From: Zygnema circumcarinatum SAG 698-1b
Taxonomy: Eukaryota; Plantae; Zygnematophyceae
Direction of reading: 5' to 3'
DNA: 64,000 nucleotides
Assembly: GCA_037447605.1 (NCBI GenBank)
Contig: CM074813.1
Location: forward strand, 2,232,001 to 2,296,000
Positions 1-17,300 of the stretch are shown one piece after another. A program made the translations under genes and the position numbers. The stretch's first letter is position 1. Each line of letters starts with the position of its first letter. The notes below the pieces were generated by a model, which was not told the DNA's origin, did no database searches, and saw only the letters and a program-made list of their open reading frames with translations.

Positions 1-880
1 CAGAAGCAGAGGCTGAATATGCATTAGCCCGATGAACTAGAACCCTGCATTAGATGCACTTCTTCTGCAAATAGCCAGTCTTTACTATTTTGTCGTGATA
101 GGTGAATTGCATGTCCTTGCAACTATGCATCTTATGAACGGCACAATTTTGGCGCCAACAGTAGCAAAAACACTGCGATGGAATGTGGAATGCGTCCCCT
201 TCCACATGATCTTCCTTCCATTCGAATTTTTCTTCTACAATTACTGTGTTGAAGCAGAGGACTTCTATGATATCTGGTCGTTTAAGGCGTTTGCGAAAAG
301 CGAATGTGCTTAGAGTGAACAGCTGACGCTCCCATGCAGCGTCGTTTTTACGAGGTGTTTTTGTTCATTACGCATGTACGATGGATGTAGGTCAGGATGG
401 TAACCGGCTGAAAAAAGATTGAACGCATTGTCCTTGTTGGCTGTCCATTGTGGATGGAAAGAAGGTCGCTCCTCCAGAGAATAAAATGGATGATGACGAA
501 TGGAAGGAGCGATATCCTGACGTTTACGGCAGTTCAGAACCACCGCCTGCGAATGATTCTGGTACGCTTAGCTAGCCTGCAGTAGTGGCAGGCCATTTGA
601 GTGAGACAAAAAGGTGTAGGGATCTGTCATGTTGCGTTTATTCAGAATTCCTTCAGGTATTGTGCAAGGCTCCGTTCAAGCTGTGCACTAATGAATCGCT
701 GTCGTACTTGAGGTGCGTCTCAATGTGCAAGTTACAGAATACTCTTCAATTTTCGGGTACATTGCTTCAGAAAGAACAGCTTTAGAATGGATGTGTCACT
801 TTGTACCTCGTCTGCTTTATCATTAAGTGACCAGTACCGCTTGTGCGATGATGCCGATTCTCTGGTTGACTTATTGGCAG

Positions 881-2487
881 TCTCAGCTGTTTCTCTGGAG
901 GGGACGCTCACGGTTGTCAGAGAGAAAGTTTGGAGTTTTGGAGATGGTAAGCAACGTTATGAAAGCCCTTTCATGACACACAAAGCTTTGACGGGCTGAA
1001 GGATGATCATGCTTTTCAGTTCTTGGTGACGTTGGCAATACGTGAAATGTAGCATACAATAACCTGAAGATCTAAGTCCTCTGAAAACCATGTTTCAAGT
1101 GCCCCAAATTAGTTGCTCTCATTTTTTAGAACAATTTTTTGCATTAACGCCCCCTATGTTTTTCCTGATCGAGAAAGTATCAGGTTATTGCCATTATATA
1201 TACTATAATAATAATTAATTAATTACATATTATATAGTTTTGCACTTTCGTGTTATAATGTGAGACGGCATACAGTAGGTTGTGACTGTGAGATAATAAC
1301 CCTAGTTTTTATCGTGTTTTTGCTGGCAATTTTTGAGAGTTATGGATGAAGTTATGTTTGTTAATGAGGCCTTTTCGTTCCCCGTTTCCTGTACAGCTGC
1401 GCTAAAAAGTGTGGCGGAGGTTCTTGTTGGATTTGGCATCAGTCCAACGATTCTGGGCTATTCGTATCCTAAATGCAAAAACATTGCTGTTAGCACGGCA
1501 GGAGGAGCAGCAGGGGCAGGCCCATCTAGTCATTTCCCTGTCGGGCTTTGAAGAGAAATGGCTCATGACATCCTGGAAAGTGGGACTTCGTCTTTGTCAT
1601 TCTCCTCCGAGATTCAAATTTATTGTAGCAAGAGAAAGGATTTGGAAGCTGTTAATTTTTTTGACACATTCTTGTTTGCAGACTGGCACTGGCAGATGGA
1701 AGTAAGCACTCCATGCTTTCAGGAGGGATATTCATTGTAATGCTCAGATTGACCTTTGTCTCAACTCACATACTCAGCATATGCGTAGGAAACTCTTTCA
1801 TAGGCTGGTACGTCATTGCATTGTTTGTGCCTCCTTGACAAAACGTGCAACAGAGAAGAAGAGTTGCTGGAGGGAGAGGAAACCGCAGAAGCAGCTCGAC
1901 TGCGAATCCAGAAAGATGAAGTGCTCTCGAAGTCCTCATTTGCAATGCGTTCGGAAGAGAACATCAACAGACGTCGTGCAGATGAAACGTTGCAGCAGCC
2001 TGATGGAGAGGATGATGAAGATGCATTCGCTCGACAGGAAGGTGTGTGCGTGTGCCTTCATCCTACGACTTCCTTGAATGCACTTCTGCCTTACACGGTG
2101 CACAGTTTGCTCCTGTTTTTTTATGTTTTCTATTGTGTGCCCACACCTGCTTTTGACAAGTTTTGCATCCAACGTAGTTCTTAATCAGTTCTACCAGCTT
2201 GTGCATTTGCTGTCATTGTTCAGGTCTGGTTTAGTGAGTTTCATGAGAAGTAACCATCTCAGATCTCAGATTTCGTTTCGTTTCTGTATCGAGAATCTCT
2301 TCATTGAATCACTCTTGGAGTACTTGCAATGATAATCGGCCTGGACTCCCTGGACTTAGGTTTTTAGACAAACTTGAAATTAAGGGATTCATGGTTTTGG
2401 CTGCCTGCAGACATCAGAGCAGTGAGCTGGCGGGGAAGCGCTGACGACCTCGCAGGCGAAGCTGGAGAAGACAAAAAGGACAAGTGA
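881..2487 (+). CDS. 3' portion of an unidentified spliced protein-coding gene (5' end not resolved); acidic/charged C-terminus ending in KKDK
   Basis: Phase-compatible AG..GT exons 881-946, 1502-1579, 1682-1701, 1854-2041, 2411-2487 join to SQLFLWRGRSRLSERKFGVLEM-EEQQGQAHLVISLSGFEEKWLMTSWK-TGTGRWK-EEELLEGEETAEAARLRIQKDEVL...EDIRAVSWRGSADDLAGEAGEDKKDK*. Family not recognised. Confidence 0.6.
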
Positions 2488-3885
2488 TGCGTTTGAATTG
2501 GAAGGCTGGAGGCTGTAGGAGGTTTGGAAACGTGAATGGTCTATCAGGTGTCTTTGAAGAAGTCCTGTAAGTTACACCGGCTAGGTGTGGAAACGAATTT
2601 CAATTGGAGAAGGAGCATCTTCTTGTTTGAGTTTGTAGCTCAGGAGCGAGGATTAACTTATGTACAGAGACAGGCTGGGGGGACTATCGGAGAAGATATA
2701 GACATCCCTCCAAGTGCACCTTATGGCAGGTTTTTGTGATTCATGTTTGGGTTTAGGTAACTAAAGGCACTCGATAGTGCTCTCCCATGGAGGGCCAAGA
2801 TGCTGATTTGTCACTCTTTTACCAAGCACCTTAAAGGTGCTTCTGTGTCTAATGAAGGGCGCAAAATCTGGTACAGGAGAGCTTGTCTTTTGAACTTTAC
2901 GCTCTATGGAATGTTGTGGCGTGCAGAAAGCCGTTTCCATTTCTAGTCGAAGGTGGTCTTGATAGTCGAAGATGGGCACCGGCGCCTTTGGATGCGGGAT
3001 TCTTCACTTCCACTGCGGAGAGTCTGTCCCGTTCATTTTTCCCTAAGGAATGTACGGGGGAATCTCCACCTCTTTAACTCTGCCCCAAATGGCATACTCT
3101 ATATCGATTCCCAAGCCCCTCTACCTCTCCATCAAAATGCCCATTAAAGAAGGTCGAAGCCAACGTTACGAGCAAATTTTTGGTTTGTAGGCTTACCAAC
3201 TTCGTCGTGGTTTTTAAAGCATGAAAGCACATTAATTGCCGCTATGAGCAGACCCAGAAGCCTCCCTGGCATCCAAAGCCGCCCGCCGTCCTCCGGTCCT
3301 AGTAATGAGCGCCCTCGCCCTGCCCTGCCCTGCCATGTCACGTCACGTCACGTCCTGCGCCAAACCGAATCACGTTCTCGCTACGTGGTTTTAGGGCCGG
3401 CAGGCCGACCCGCAGGAGCTGTCCGTGGAGTCCACCGCGCGCAGGATCCACTGGAGTTGATCAGTCAAGGCCCGTCCCGATCCATCCATCCATCGCTCCG
3501 CCGCGTTCAGCGCGCAACCGCCGTCCGCACAGCTGTCGCCCTCCAAAAATCCTCACGGATTTTTCTCGCTGCCCGGAATCCGGCTGTTTGATTTACGCCG
3601 TCCGATCCTCCTCCTTTTTCGACCGGCACGAGATTCTAACGGCGAATAATACGCTTACGCATTTTGGAGCCTATGGGAAATGTTTTTTTTCTGCCCGTGG
3701 ATCCCGCACGCGACGGCTGGGCACCTGTCGGGTAAGGGCGCCCGCCGTACGGTGACTGGAAGCGAAGAGGGAGGGTTGACCGAGGGCAGGGAGGGAGGGG
3801 ATGATGGATGACAGCGAGCAGGCCGCCATGGATGCGCGGAAGCCATGTGGAAAGCCATGAATGGAGCCATGGATGCGTGCATGAG

Positions 3886-3894
3886 TTAGGGTTT
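3886..3894 (-). promoter_or_regulatory. Telo-box (AAACCCTAA) in the CK1 5' leader region
   Basis: TTAGGGTTT on the + strand. Telo-boxes are common in plant 5' regions; function here is untested. Confidence 0.3.
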
Positions 3895-4172
3895 GGACGA
3901 AGACAGACAGACCATAGGGGTTGTTTATCGCTGCAGGATGAGGCCTGGTGGTACCGTGTCTCAGGTTTTCCTGCATTGAACAGAGGGATTGTTTTTTTAG
4001 GGTTCCGGAAAAAAACGCGGAAGGAGAGCGCGCAGGGGCCTCTGGCCGTCGCGAGAAGACAGGGTATAAGATTGGAGAACGGGTTGTTGTTCAGGAGAAT
4101 GGTAATAGGTTGAAGTGGCTGTGGAGTTGGAAGTTTACACAAGAAAGGAAGAGCGGGTTGGGTGGTCTGGGC

Positions 4173-10530
<6,358 letters not shown>

Positions 10531-10894
10531 GTGGCACAGCTATGCATGTGTCACAGTCTCTTGAAATGGCAGCGCAGCAGTCCATCATGCTGTTGCCGAG
10601 CGTGCACTTCTGGAAACTTTTAGGATGTTGCACCTCCGAGGTACCGCCAAGGGCCAGGAATTTCCAACTGAGTGTGTATCGTTTGGGTCAGTTCCTGGTG
10701 AAAGAAGGACAGTGGAATGAAACATTAGAGATTTTGCTACGGCAGCCGACTTGGGGATTGGGCCATATACTTACTTGATGCCATGATTGGTGCCAGTATG
10801 GCTGTACACTGCGAACTGTGGTTTGAACAGCAGCGGGAGCTTTGAGTGCGGTATCTCACGCTCGGAGCTCTGACATTAGGAGGGGTCAAACAGG

Positions 10895-10978
10895 CGGAGG
10901 GGAGGAGTTGGGGGATGGTGGGTGGGGGGGGGGGGGGGGGGGGGGGGGNNNNNNNNNNCGCGGGGGGGGGGGGGGGGG
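10895..10978 (+). repeat. G-rich/poly-G tract interrupted by a 10-N assembly gap (10949-10958)
   Basis: Runs of G flank the Ns directly. Confidence 0.9.
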
Positions 10979-11937
10979 AAGGCGGTGGCTAAGCATGCTC
11001 AGTGCGTTGAGACTTTGGGCCGCGTTCTGTACTGTCTATAGCCCTAGACCTGCTGTATTTGGCTCCGGATGGGTGTGTAGTGTGTCGTTTATGGGCACAT
11101 GGCGGCATGTCCCCTGCTTGGTGCAATGGGTGCCTTCTTGGCTTCAACTGTTGTTGCTCAGAACTTGTCCGTCGCCAGCAGGATGAAACAAGAGCCTTTT
11201 GTGGCTTGATGGTAGAAGTGACCAGTGATGGGCGATGAAGGTTTGCTGATCGGAGTGTTTATGTCATGGAAAAACGGCACATCTCATCCCTCATAACACT
11301 GGCATAACAGGTTTCAATAGTATAAAAAAGTGAAATTGTGGCTTGCCGGCTGTAGATTTTTTTTCTGACACGGAGAAATGAATTGGGCGTGACCAGCCTT
11401 GCAGAGTCGTCCAGTAATGGTCTACAACATGAAGGTCGAAACCGTTAATCTAAGTGATGCCAAATACCTGTGCCAAATGCCAATCTGCTCGGAGTCGAGT
11501 CGTCCCCAAGCATGCTCGCCTTCTATGCCAAACTTTCTCAAATTTCCTCCCCCTCTCTGTGAGAGAAGAAAGTTGCAGCGGGAGTCATCGATGGGGGAAG
11601 AAACTTGCGGAGCCTAACTTCGGGCTTTCCTTTGACAACGTGTTCACGCAAAGAGGGACTTCGCAGCCGTGTTCCACGCACAGTGAGTACTGCGTTCTGT
11701 GTCGTTAAGCGTTGAAAGTTGCAGACAACAGCCGACAGCGGAGCTAGCAAACGGCTTGGAATATGGTACAGAAGAATTGAGAATTATAGCGGACTAGCTA
11801 CGAAAATGCAGTCAGTCAGCCTTCTATGCACTTTTAGGGTCACCCGTAAAACCAAACAGGTCGAGAAAAAAATAAAATTAAAGATTTTGACTTCTCAAAA
11901 AAAAAAATTCAAAAACCAGTTTCTCGAAAAAAAAAAG

Positions 11938-12944
11938 GAAAATGATGCAGCGGCCCCACTCTTTGGATATCGGCGCCCCCTTTTGGGAAAAAATGTACTT
12001 TTTTTTTTGGCTAATCATCTCCCCCCTTGGATCTTTCGGGAGGAGGATCCGACCGTGCACCGACGTACGGCGCCGCGCATCGCGGCGTGGCCCGTGAGAT
12101 GCGGCGAGCCTACGGAAACGTTGTCCTCACCTGACCCTTTTGGGTCAGAGGTTGCCACGTGGCAGTCTTCCATTGGACAACCCTGCTGCCGGTCCCCCAT
12201 GCCGATACAGTGGACCCCCATAATATTTTCGCCATGGTTTCGGCAAATACTGGGCGAAAATATTGTAATTTGCAAATATAAGGTCCGTGTTACCAATAGG
12301 CGAGCGGTATTATGTTAGAGTTCATGTCTGTTCGTACGTATCGTATCGTATCGTATCATACCATGATTTAGATACACGAGCTCCTATGGGCGCCGTACGT
12401 ATACCGTACGACATAGAGATTTTATTCGTACTTACCGTACAGCGTAAAAGCGTGACCCATGTTTGAAATCCGTTTCGATTAACAGATTTTGTATTGGAGA
12501 ATAGGTCAGGTTAGGTTAACACCCCTAATACGTTAACATTGAGTTACCGTACAAAAAAGTGGTTTCGGCAAAATCGGGGCGAATTTCTTGGGGACGCACT
12601 GTACAAGGTGGAAAATATTATGGGGGTCCACTGTATCGGCATGGGGGACCGGCAGCAGGTCTGTCCAATGGCAGACTGCCACGTGGCAACCTCTGACCCA
12701 AACGGGTAAGGTGAGGACAACTTTTCCGTAGGCTCGCCGCATCTCGCGGGCCACGCCGCGATGCGCGGCGCCGTACGTCGGTGCACGGTCGGATCCTGCG
12801 CGCGAGGCGCGGGGTCCGATTGTCTACAAGATCTCTCCTCCCGAAAGATCCAAGGGGGGGGGTGATTAGCCAAAAAAAAAAAGTACATTTTTTCCCAAAA
12901 GGGGGCGCCGATATCCAAAAAGTGGGGCCGCTGTATCATTTTTC
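11938..12944. mobile_element. Foldback element / long inverted repeat (arms 11938-12230 and 12611-12944)
   Basis: Near-identical arms in opposite orientation; the same spurious peptide appears in ORFs 11719+ and 12544-. The right arm carries an extra ~38-nt segment (12797-12834). Confidence 0.9.
12208..12633. mobile_element. Tc1/mariner-type MITE copy A (TA-CAGT termini) with a ~235-bp internal insertion
   Basis: TA|CAGTGGACCCCCATAATATTTTC ... GAAAATATTATGGGGGTCCACTG|TA. The internal sequence aligns with copy B (13606-13812) apart from an insert at about 12318-12552. Confidence 0.6.
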
Positions 12945-13428
12945 AAAAAAAACCTTATGTTTGTGAGCACGATTCATTTTGAGAAATGAAAAATGAATTT
13001 CTAATTTTTTAAGTACAGTACAACCAAATGAACATTGAACAATTAATTGTCGTTCGTTTTCAAGTTGAGTTTTCCTTGGGTCCACCGATCAACAATGAGA
13101 TTCTAGCGGATCGCTAAAGCGCGTGGAACCGGTTTTTTGTACAGACATTGTTGATCGACTCCCGGGAAGTGTCGTACGAAAAAAAATAAGGCCCGGGTTA
13201 AAGGGATCCCTCGAATCGCACGGAACCAACGTGGCAATGGGTGGACTTGACGCGTGCGACCGAACACGTTGAGTCTTTGAACTTTTTCTTTAAAACTATT
13301 CGCTTTCTTCGTTTCGACCTCGAGTGTTCAAAGTTCAACCCTACTCAACAAGAGATTGAGAATTGAGAAATTTAGTAAAAACTCGTTTCTCATTTTCTCA
13401 ACCTGTTCGGTTTCACGGTAGCTGGGGC

Positions 13429-13995
13429 TAGGGATGGCTTAATTACGACTATATAATATATATTATATAACTGTGACGACTAGATAACGGCTGTTATATA
13501 TTACTTTACAACGCCTTTACAACATGTACGGTCGGACGGTCGTATGACCGTACGACTGTACGGTATTACGCGGTACGGATGTACAGTACGGCTCTAACCG
13601 ACCTATAGTATACCCCCCCAATATTTTCGCCATGGTTTCGGCAAATATTGGGCGAAAATATTGGGTGGCGAAAATATAAGGGTGCGTGTTAACAATAGGC
13701 GGGCAGTATTATATTAAAAAGTGGTTTTGGCAAATTCAGGGCGAAAATATTGGGGAGCGAAAATATTGGGGAGCGAAAATAAGAGGGGCGAAAATATTGG
13801 GGGGGTCTACTGTAATTTTGGTACAGTATGGTACGACCGTACGAACGTACGAGTACGGTCGTACGGTCGTTAATTGTTCAAAACGAGTGGGTATAATATA
13901 TGTAATAAAGTGCTTTACTTTGTACTATATTACTACTTTTAAACCCGTTGTAAAGTATATAATGTAATCGGACTTTATAACGCGGGCCATCCCTA
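13429..13995. mobile_element. hAT (Ac/Ds-like) non-autonomous element
   Basis: TIR TAGGGATGGC...GCCATCCCTA resembles the Ac TIR YAGGGATG. 8-bp TSD gctggggc (13421-13428) / gctggggt (13996-14003). Subterminal CCGTAC/GTACGG repeats. Confidence 0.85.
13606..13812. mobile_element. Tc1/mariner-type MITE copy B nested in the hAT element
   Basis: TA|tagtatacccccccaatattttcgcc ... ggcgaaaatattgggggggtctactg|TA, with internal repeats of GCGAAAATATTGGG. Confidence 0.65.
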
Positions 13996-14320
13996 GCTGG
14001 GGTCCTCCCTTCAAAGGACTAACGCTGGAGCCCCCATAGAAGCAAATTGCAGTTGGAGCTGCATGCTCGGCTCGCCTTCCTCCTCTTTACAGGCGGTAGT
14101 CTACGACGTTTATTCGGATGCTTTTCTCTTCCACGCTTCAGCAATGTCGAGCTCGGCCTTAGATTTCCAGGCAGGTCGAGCTTCCGTGTTCGGTCGTTTT
14201 GTCTCCCGCTAAGGCGAGGACACTTTTTCTCCCGATTTAGCTCTGTTTCGGGGAATTTGACAGCTGTATGCCGCCAGGGTACGCCGTTGCCCTTCAGTGC
14301 CGCTGTGATTGCAGGCAGCA

Positions 14321-17300
14321 ATGAGGAAGCGCGATCTGGGCATCTTGATCGTCTCTGTCTTCTCCGTCTTCATCTCTCTTCAGGTATGATTTTTCTTTCC
14401 TTTACCAAGTAGTCCAGAGGTCGAAAAGTGAGAAGTTGCGTTGAGTTTCTTTGTCTTGGATCGCCAGCTGTCGCAATACATCCTTTTAAAAAAAAATTAA
14501 ATCCACGGCTGCTTATCTTGCTATATACTTCTCCTGTAACTCCCTTTCTCACTTCATCTCAATTCTATACTTTCAGCCTCATCTCCTCCATATGCTCTTC
14601 CAATATTTCTACCGCCATGCCTTATCAAACAATGCTTTCACTCTGTACTTAAAGTCCTACATGAGAATATACCAAAACTTTTTTTTCTTTTTCCACTGTC
14701 ATTTAAAACAGTACTTTAACTACTGCTTTGATTGCTTTCTCGGTCTCTCACAATCATACACAGCATGAGGGTTCGTTCTCCTTCAAAGAAGCGTGGTTTT
14801 ATCCTCTTGATGAAAGCAGCAGTCCCGTTCGTCACGAGACTCAAACGCTTCCGCCGCCCGTTGTAGTTGATCTCAACGGAGATGGCCGCAGTGAAGTTAT
14901 CCTTGTCACGCACATGGCGACCCTGCAGGTAACACACTTCCTATCCCTCGTTTCAGCATGCACAACTATGGTTAGTTGGCCTCGTCATTGATGACCTGAC
15001 AAGATCGCTGATGGGTTAAAATTCTTGTACAAACACATGCCCATGTTTACGCGACAAAATGAAAGGGGTCACGCTTGAAACTCTTGAATTAAGGTTGTTC
15101 TAGTCACTTCTTTCATAAAACCTTTATTCAATAGCCGAAAACTTCTTATGAAATGCAGAGGCATCGCCGCCCAGCTGATAGGAATGAGGTTAGAAACTCA
15201 CAACTACCAGTAGTATGGTTTTTTTTTCCAAGTCTCGCTCTATAAAGAAGCGTTCGATTCCACTCGGCCCCTTCCTTCCCTCCTTTAGCCCTTCCGGGAA
15301 GTTTGCATGGAATATGAAGGCAGTATGGAAAGCAAATTTGTGAGGCTTCTAGCAGGTTAATGCTTATTTGAGGCAATGGTTGTTCTAGTCACTTCTTTCA
15401 TAAAACCTCTATTCAATAGCCTAAAACTTCTTTGTCCTTCAAAAAGAAATTTTTACTGCCCATCCAATGATTTGAACGCTATAAGTGGAGACCCGGAAAA
15501 TTTCCAAATAAACCTTGAACGCTCCCTAGTTACAGCATCGGCTCTATTAATGTGCCAGTTTCTACACATTGACTGAGCACTTCCCTAGAAACCATGCCGC
15601 TGAACTTACCATGTCTTGTGTGAAAAATGCATATGCATTCTTTAAACTCTTGTTCGACACGGACCCGATTGGTTGGTTTTCTCGGGAGTTCTTGGGAAAA
15701 AATCTACATTCATTCATATTGGCTTTGCTTCATTCACGGGCCACATTTCATTGTCACCAGAGTTTCAGATTATCATCGTGCAGACTGCTAATTAAACTGT
15801 CTGACACGTCTCCGCATACGGATTTCGCTCCTGATAACTCTATCTCCCTTAGATTACTCACTCTGCAGCCTGCTGCTTCCCCGATGAAGGAAATTTGTTT
15901 TCGCTCTTCATTCATGGGTGCCTTTCTTTGCCCTAACAACTCTTCCAGGTGCTTGAGCCGGGCATCCCTCATGGGCATGAGAACTTCAAAGATGCTCGTG
16001 TTATAGGGGATGTTTCCATGCTGCCTGCCCGCGTGCGCGTAGCTACAGGGAGGCAGCCGGTGGCTCTTGCAGCCGGATACCTGGACGCTCCCTCTTCTGT
16101 CAATGGCAGGAAAATTGCAAGAAAGGCAGTGATAGTGGTGGTGACTGCCGGTTGGTCCATTTTGTGCTACGACCACAACTTGAATCTCTTGTGGGAGAAC
16201 AACGTGCAGGTGCAATCTCCTTAGTTTTTACCTTCATTTTTGCATTTCCTCGCTGCTTCTATGTGGGACATAGGGTTTCATGAGGACCTGAGGCTTCGCT
16301 CATTATTAAGTCGAGCTTGTCGTATATCCTGCTTTAGATGTATTCCAATTCTCAATCAGGACGAATGGATGACCTCAGGACTGAGGAAACTGAGAGGAGG
16401 TGAGCTGGTGGGAACGTCAATGATTGGGTCCTTCTTCGAGTCACCACTGTTCTGGGTTTTGGACATTTGTCTGAACGTGCATTTTGCATGCTGACGGATT
16501 GGTTTGTGGGAGGAGCAGGAAGACTTCCCTCACGGCTCAGTACATAAGGAGGTGGCTATTCTTATAAGCAACCAGACAATGAAGCATGGAGACCGAGGAG
16601 TGGTGATCGTAGGAGGCAGCATGGAAGTGCATCCTGAGGTGTGGCAGCCATGGCCCATGTATAAGAGCATGAAGCAATCGTACACCTTTGCAGATATTGC
16701 CCATCCAAAGGATTGACCGGAAGGAGCTACTATTGTTTTGGTAGAAGTTCTGTAAGTTCAGATTTATTGGAGCGTTATTCCCTATTCTCACCCTTTCTCT
16801 CTCCTCTCAATCCCTTTCTCTTTTGGCTGCTCAGCGGTTTCTTGATCCCTTTGAGGAGGAGGATGAAGTGGGATATGAAATGCGGAGGCATCGCCGGCCA
16901 GCTGATAGGAATGAGGTTAGGAATGGGCCCCCTCCCTCCTTTAGCCCTTCCGGGAAGTTTGCAGGGAATGTGAAGGCAATATGGAAAGCAAATTTGTGAG
17001 GCTTCTAGCAGGTTTATGCTTATGTGAGGCAATGTGTGGTTAAGGGTCACATTGTAGGTCCAAAAAAATAGCATTCGCTTTACTTGGGGGCTTTTTGTGG
17101 GGCCCAATTGTGCAGAAGAAGCTGGAAGATGTAACAGGTGGTGAAGCAGGTATGAAGGAACGCCATTTTTCATACTATGCATTCAATGGAGCCAATGGAG
17201 ATCCGCGGTGGAAGCATGACAGCAAGGTGAACTTTCGAGTCTTAATCTTTCTTTTTCTCCTCCGCATCTCCCTCTCCTTCTTTCTCTTCTCGCCTTTCCT

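Larger units (their letters stand above)
11844..13418. mobile_element. Putative outer non-autonomous TIR element (26-bp imperfect TIRs) enclosing the foldback
   Basis: 11844-11869 ccgtaaaaccaaacaggtcgagaaaa versus the reverse complement of 13393-13418, ccgtgaaaccgaacaggttgagaaaa (23/26). No clean TSD and no transposase. Confidence 0.5.

Noticed and set aside
259-287. Possible upstream exon EDFYDIWSFK of gene 1
   Set aside because: It would need a GC donor with poor context (AAG|gcgttt); no homology support.
11719-12939. ORFs of 199 aa (+) and 131 aa (-) sharing near-identical peptides
   Set aside because: They mirror the inverted-repeat arms; there are no transposase or other domain motifs.
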